From contig CBDDTI010000606.1 of NCBI GenBank assembly GCA_965233585.1, forward strand, positions 1-25,180: a DNA stretch of 25,180 nt, written 5' to 3'. Below the pieces are notes generated by a model. That model did not search any database, had not been told where the DNA came from, and saw only the letters and a list, made by a program, of their open reading frames with translations. A program made the position numbers and the translations under genes. Below are positions 19,999 to 25,180 of this stretch, in pieces; position 1 is the stretch's first letter; every line of letters begins with the position of its first letter. The DNA is from a bacterium (GTDB lineage: Bacteria; SAR324; NAC60-12).

Positions 19999-21869
19999 GA
20001 GGTACCATGGCCAAGCAAGTGGGACGCCTTCGAAAGCTGCTGCGGAGGGTTGTGAGGTTCTAAGGCCTTCGAAAGCTGCTGCGGAGGTTTTGAGGCTTGT
20101 AAGGCCTGCCCAAAACGTGCCACATAGCAGTTTCGAAGCCCAATAGAAACCACAAGCCCAATAGTAACAGCTTGTGGGGCCTAGGGAGGTACCATGGCCA
20201 AGCAAGCGGCACGCCTCTGAAAGCTGCTGCGGAGGGTTGTGAGGTTCTAAGGCCTTCGAAAGCTGCTGCGGAGGTTTTGAGGCTTTCAAGGCCTGCCCAA
20301 AACGTGCCACATAGCAGTTTCGAAACCATGGCCAAGCAAGCGGCGCGCCTTCGAAAGTTGCTGCAGAGGGTTGTGAGGTTCCAAGGCCTTCCAAAGCTGC
20401 TGCGGAGGTTTTGAGGCTTTTGGGGCCTGCCCAAAACGTGCCACGTGGCAGTTTCGAAGCCCAAGAGAAACAGCTTGTGGGGCCTAGGGAGGTACCATGG
20501 CCAAGCAAGCGGGACGCCTTTGAAAGCTGCTGCGGAGGGGTGTGAGGTTCCAAGGCCTGCGAAAGCTGCTGCGGAGGTTTTGGGGCTTTTGGGGCCTGCC
20601 CAAAACGTGCCACATAGCAGTTTCGAAGCCCAATAGAAACAGCTTGTGGGGCCTAGGGAGGTACCATGGCCAAGCAAGCGGCACGCCTTCGAAAGCTGCT
20701 GCGGAGGGGTGTGAGGTTCCAAGGCCTGCGAAAGCTGCTGCGGAGGTTTTGAAGCTTTGGGGCCTGCCCAAAACGTGCCACATAGCAGTTTCGAAGCCCA
20801 ATAAAAACAGCTTGTGGGGCCTGGGGAGGTACCATGGCCAAGCAAGCGGCACGCCTTCGAAAGCTGCTGCGGAGGGGTGTGAGGTTCTAATGCCTGCGAA
20901 AGCTGCTGCGGAGGTTTTGAGGCTTTGGGGGCTTCAAAACGTGCCACATAGCAGTTTCGAAGCCCAAGAGAAACAGCTTGCGGGGCCTAGGGAGGTACCA
21001 TGGCCAAGCAAGTGGGACGCCTTCGAAAGCTGCTGCGGAAGTTTTGAGGCTTTTGGGGCGTGCCCAAAACGTGCCACATAGCAGTTTCGACGCCCAATAG
21101 AAACAGCTTGTGGGGCCTAGGGAGGTACCATGGCCAAGCAAGCGGCATGCCTTCGAAAGCTGCTGCGGAGGGGTGTGAGGTTCTAACGCCTGCGAAAGCT
21201 GCTGTGGAGGTTTTGAGGCTTTTGGGGCCTGCCCAAAACGTGCCACATAGCAGTTTCGAAGCCCAATAGAAACAGCTTGTGGGGCCTAGGGAGGTACCAT
21301 GGCCAAGCAAGCGGCACGCCTTCGAAAGCTGCTGCGGAGGGGTGTGAGGTTCTAACGCCTGCGAAAGCTGCTGCGGAGGTTTTGAGGCTTTGGGAGCCTG
21401 CCCAAAACGTGCCACATAGCAGTTTCGAAGCCCAATAGAAACAGCTTGTGGGGCCTAGGGAGGTACCATGGCCAAGCAAGTGGGACGCCTTCGAAAGCTG
21501 CTGCGGAGGGTTGTGAGGTTCTAAGGCCTTCGAAAGCTGCTGCGGAGGTTTTGAGGCTTTTGGGGCCTGCCCAAAACGTGCCACATAGCAGTTTCGAAGC
21601 CCAATAGAAACAGCTTGTGGGGCCTAGGGAGGTACCATGGCCAAGCAAGCGGCACGCCTTCGAAAGCTGCGGCGGAGGGCCCCAAGGTCCAACCCGCAGC
21701 ATGGAGATGTTCGGATTTACCCTGCAACAAGGGCAAGTACGTTGCAAAAAACAAAAAAGTAAGACTTAGGCACCTTTTTGTTGGGGCAAGCACTTGAAGC
21801 CTTCAAACCCCATGGGTTTGTATGTGTAATCAAAGTGTAGAGGTCGAAATTCCCTGTTACAAATACTCG

Positions 21870-22025
21870 AAAAGATTAAAAAGACAAGTCCAGAGAAGGG
21901 ACAGAGAAAGAGAAAGAGTTCTCAAGAGAGGAGGAGAGAAGAGAGGAGTCACGAAAAGAAAGGAGAAGAAAAGAAAAAGAGGAGTCAAGAGAAGAGAAAG
22001 AGGAATCAAGGGAAGAGAAGCGAAC
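21870..22025 (+). repeat. Purine-rich (GA) low-complexity tract
   Basis: Almost exclusively A/G, e.g. GAGAAAGAGAAAGAG..GAGAAGAAAAGAAAAAGAGGAG. Confidence 0.85.
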
Positions 22026-22039
22026 GAGTAGTCAACTGT

Positions 22040-23150
22040 CAAGACCTCCTGACACTTCCGCCCCGGGCTCGGCTGAGTATTGCTGGTATATTCCAGCTTT
22101 CGGGTGCCAAGTTTGGACCCATGAGGTGGGCAGGCAATTCTTGTTGTTTGGATTCGGTGTTCATGATAGGGTTGCTTGAATGACGGAATCGTTGCAAGAA
22201 ATTTCAAAGGAATATTGAGACTTTGCTGAGAGCTACAGGGACTCCAAGACAAATGTCCTTTTCAACGCCAACTTGACCTTGCCCCTCCTGTCTGAGCTCG
22301 CAACCAAGGAGACTTTCAGGCCCAAGATCGGCCACGTCTCCCCCCAGCATTTTGAAGCCCTGCACATATCTACATGTTTGTGCAAAGCAGGAGAATAGCA
22401 CGCACTTCCCACTTGAATTCATAAATGCTCCTCCGGTTAACAGGTTGACAGCCAGGAATGGGCTGATGTTCGCTATGAACATGTGAATCTGCGCATTCCC
22501 ATCATGGACAACACCGCACCTCAAGCAGGTCTGCGAAGGCCTAAGCTGAAGCTGTACAGGTCAGAACACAAAAAGAATACACTAGAAAGTCAAGGGCACG
22601 TTGACTGCAAAGAATGTCTTTGTTTTTTTGGGCATGATTCACAAATAAGATTCTCTTCACCAGAAACGTTTGTCAACTTCGTGGACTGCTCTCCTGATTT
22701 CAATGTGTGGATGACGTGTCCTTTTTACAAGCTGCCTTGTCGTCCACTTGGACCGTCATGATCAGGTCCTTGGTCCATTTTTGCAAACCGAGCTGGAAGG
22801 ACTAGAAGGGCCATCCGGCCTATCATAGACAACACGTTTAGGCTCAGGCTCCACATGACTAAAACCCAACATTTTGCCCAAGTAGTTAGGCTGAAAGACT
22901 GCAATCATTGCAACTGAGGCATGAAGCACTCTTGAATCAAAAACTATCCATAAACTCCACAAATGTTGTTCAAAAGCAGAGTCCAAGAATGTAAAGAGGA
23001 TGCTGAGGGACAACCAGAAGCTGAGGCAGCAACCCAGTGCCACTGCAGTGCCCCACCGGCAACACAAAGAATACTTGGAGCCCAAAGTGCTGTGGCAAGT
23101 ACCGTGAAGCGACAGATCTCCACCGAGTTGGCTCTCCCAGAGGCTTCCCA
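22040..23150 (+). other. Possible small exons of an unidentified host gene
   Basis: Short GC-richer open blocks bounded by AG|G and AG|GA/GT, e.g. near 22239-22308 (DSKTNVLFNANLTLPLLSELATK) and 22391-22443 (ENSTHFPLEFINAPPVNR). No recognisable domain. Confidence 0.3.
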
Positions 23151-23387
23151 CTGCCCCCAGGGATGAGCCGATAGTGGTCATATCACCCTTTTGAACAGCC
23201 ACTGGGATGCCATGGAAGAGTGATGACCTGCTGGGTGATCATCCTTGCGTATACTATGCATTGCAAGCAAATTGAAACCATATATCATATAAACATATCC
23301 GCCGACCCCTGCCTAGCCTTGGCCTAGGCGGGGCGGCGCCCGGGATCACCGTAGGTGTGCGGCATGGCCTTGTGCCGGCTTTGGCTT

Positions 23388-23567
23388 CAAAGCCTCAAAA
23401 CCTCCGCAGCAGCTTTCGAAGGCGTGCCGCTTGCTTGGCCATGGTACCTCCCTAGGTCCCACAAGCTGTTTCTATTGGGCTTCGAAACTGCTATGCGGCA
23501 CGTTTTGGGCAGGCCCCAAAAGCCTCAAAACCTCCGCAGCAGCTTTCGCAGGCGGTAGAACCTCACA
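23388..23567 (-). repeat. Solitary inverted fragment of the 169-bp satellite
   Basis: Reverse complement of the 19095-21679 unit (..GGCCATGGTACCTCCCTAGG..GTTTCTATTGGGCTTCGAAAC..). Confidence 0.95.
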
Positions 23568-24064
23568 TGGTTGAAATCCCCACAAGGTGCCGCCCGAGGA
23601 GGCCATGGGATGGCGCCGACCCATGGGGCGACCGAGTTAAGCGCCATGGATACATCCCCAGTGTTTTTTAGGGGAAAGGGTGAAAGGGCACCATTTTTTC
23701 AGTTTAGATTGTTTAGATCTGTTTAGATAACATCAGATAACTATTTTGGGTTGGCCAGTTGCTACAACTACCTACAACTACTGACAGTCTGAACTGCGGT
23801 GAAGCCATGTTTCGAACCCAAGTTTCGGGTGGTTCTATGAATGTCCAATTTTTCAGCAGAATTCAACCACCTATTGATTGAGATATATTGAGATCTTGCT
23901 CTGCAAGGCTAATCCGTTTAGGTGGTGTTCAAAGATAACCCGAAACAAATCTCAGCCAACCCTTTGGGCTGTGTTCATGATATTGCCTTCCCCCGCACTT
24001 ATGTTTGTTGGCTGATTAACTTTAAATCTGTTCGACTGGAATCACCAATCTTGCAGGATATTCC

Positions 24065-24210
24065 TACAAGGTGGAACCCCAGTGCGTTAGCTAAATTGTC
24101 TTATAACTTATAACTTTAACAATTAGGGTTTATGATATATCGAACTACATGAACTACATACTCAAACTGGGTTATAAAGCAATACGCATTTGTGTGGGGG
24201 CGCCACCAAG
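24065..24210. mobile_element. Degenerate ~145-bp MITE-like element
   Basis: Imperfect inverted ends GGTGG..CCCC..TGCGT..TTATAAC and GTTATAA..ACGCA..GGGG..CCACC; no clean TSD. Confidence 0.35.
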
Positions 24211-24277
24211 GACCCAATTTTTCTGAGGAAACCTTTGTTAGTCCTGGGACTAATCCCTATTATATGATCATGTTGGA

Positions 24278-24395
24278 ATACATATATATATATAAATAAA
24301 TAAATAGATAAATAGATAATAAATAACTAAACAAACAAACAAATAAATTAATTAATTAAACAAATAAGTAAATAATAAATAAATATATATATATA
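24278..24395 (+). repeat. AT-rich compound microsatellite (TA)n/(TAAA)n/(AAAC)n
   Basis: Directly visible. Confidence 0.88.
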
Positions 24396-24653
24396 CTGTA
24401 CATGTATCACATATATATCTTGTTAGGTGATTCATACCACCGTTTTCTGGACACCCCCGCATTGATTTGTGCGTTTTCTGTGAATCACTTGCGACAAGCG
24501 GAGCCGAAGGTGAAGGGTGCTGCCAGCTGCAGCGAGCAGGAGGCCCACATGTCGACTTGTCACATGAAATTATGAAAAGATCGGAACACGCGTGGAATTG
24601 ATTATAGTTTGCCAATCTACCAAGTGTCAGCAAGTATCATATTTATCACGGAG

Positions 24654-24915
24654 TTAGGCGTTGAGGCTTGGGTTGAAGAGCATAAGAAATTTTTGCGCAG
24701 TTCCAGGCGATGCCGCGGTTTTCGCAAACAAAGCTGAAATGAGAAAAACCATCCACTGGGATGTTGGCTCCAAAATTTTCACGCCACGAAAGTTGGCCAG
24801 GACTGGTGGACTTGGTTCCTCACGTGGTGTAGCTGCGGCGCAAGGTGCGGATCCACATTTGCCAATTCCTTGGTTCCTTGTAGCTGTGCTCCAGGAGCAA
24901 GTCACCGTTCTGATC
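24654..24915 (-). other. Possible exons of an unidentified host gene
   Basis: CAG|GAT acceptor near 24915 opens DQNGDLLLEHSYKEPRNWQMWIRTLRRSYTT; a second block reads DGFSHFSFVCENRGIAWNCAKISYALQPK. No recognisable family. Confidence 0.25.
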
Positions 24916-25180
24916 CTGGAAGCATCCAAGTTTCAAAGTTTCACTCTTCGGCTGTTTGCCGTTCGTTTCCCAGTGCGCTTCAAAGCAGCAAGTGTGGCAC
25001 GTGTGATATTGGTAGCATTAGTTGCCCAAGTTGCTCACTTGCCATCTTCCAGATGGCTATCATTGCTATCATTTGCAGCCCCTTTCACATGATCCTGTCT
25101 TGTACAGCAAAGCTTTATTAGCTAGTGTCCCTCAGTGTCGTTCACGCTCTTCGGGCGCGCCTCTGCCGCCGACCCTCCCC

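Larger units (their letters stand above)
19095..21679 (+). repeat. 169-bp GC-rich satellite (roughly 12 full or partial units), interrupted at 19385-19998
   Basis: Unit GCCCAATAGAAACAGCTTGTGGGGCCTAGGGAGGTACCATGGCC... recurs with a 169-bp period (ORF ends 21246, 21415, 21584). Each unit holds a 42-bp-spaced internal repeat CGAAAGCTGCTGCGGAGG. Confidence 0.97.

Noticed and set aside
19013..21797. MARFGQAPK.. repeat proteins or a CRISPR array
   Set aside because: Translations of the 169-bp and 33-bp tandem repeats; no spacers and no cas genes.
1..25180. Prokaryotic or phage origin of the window
   Set aside because: Spliceosomal-type introns, satellites, non-autonomous TIR elements and low coding density indicate a eukaryotic nuclear genome.

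Overview
Eukaryotic genomic DNA, most likely from a Symbiodiniaceae-type dinoflagellate (inferred from a multi-exon gene with GA-AG introns and AG|G acceptors). Two diverged, inverted copies of a compact AT-rich Polinton/Maverick-like module (protein-primed PolB, rve/DDE integrase, GIY-YIG remnant, small Zn-finger protein; no capsid, packaging ATPase or protease seen) flank a 7-exon host gene (N-terminal hydrophobic leader, P-loop/STAND-like ATPase, C-terminal Crinkler/ubiquitin-like domain). Copy A (1-~6597, cut by the window edge) has its integrase split by a 3.16-kb non-autonomous TIR element with a TA duplication that carries a 214-bp satellite and a 9-bp microsatellite. Copy B (~12143-18868) keeps intact integrase and Zn-finger ORFs, but its PolB is frameshifted and holds an in-frame GC-rich double-hairpin insertion. 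Both PolB copies lack the YGK of motif B. To the right lie a 169-bp satellite interrupted by a 614-bp TIR element with palindromic 33-bp repeats, a recurrent CCGCCGACCC motif beside hairpins, and low-confidence host exons. Everything was read by eye; no database searches were run.
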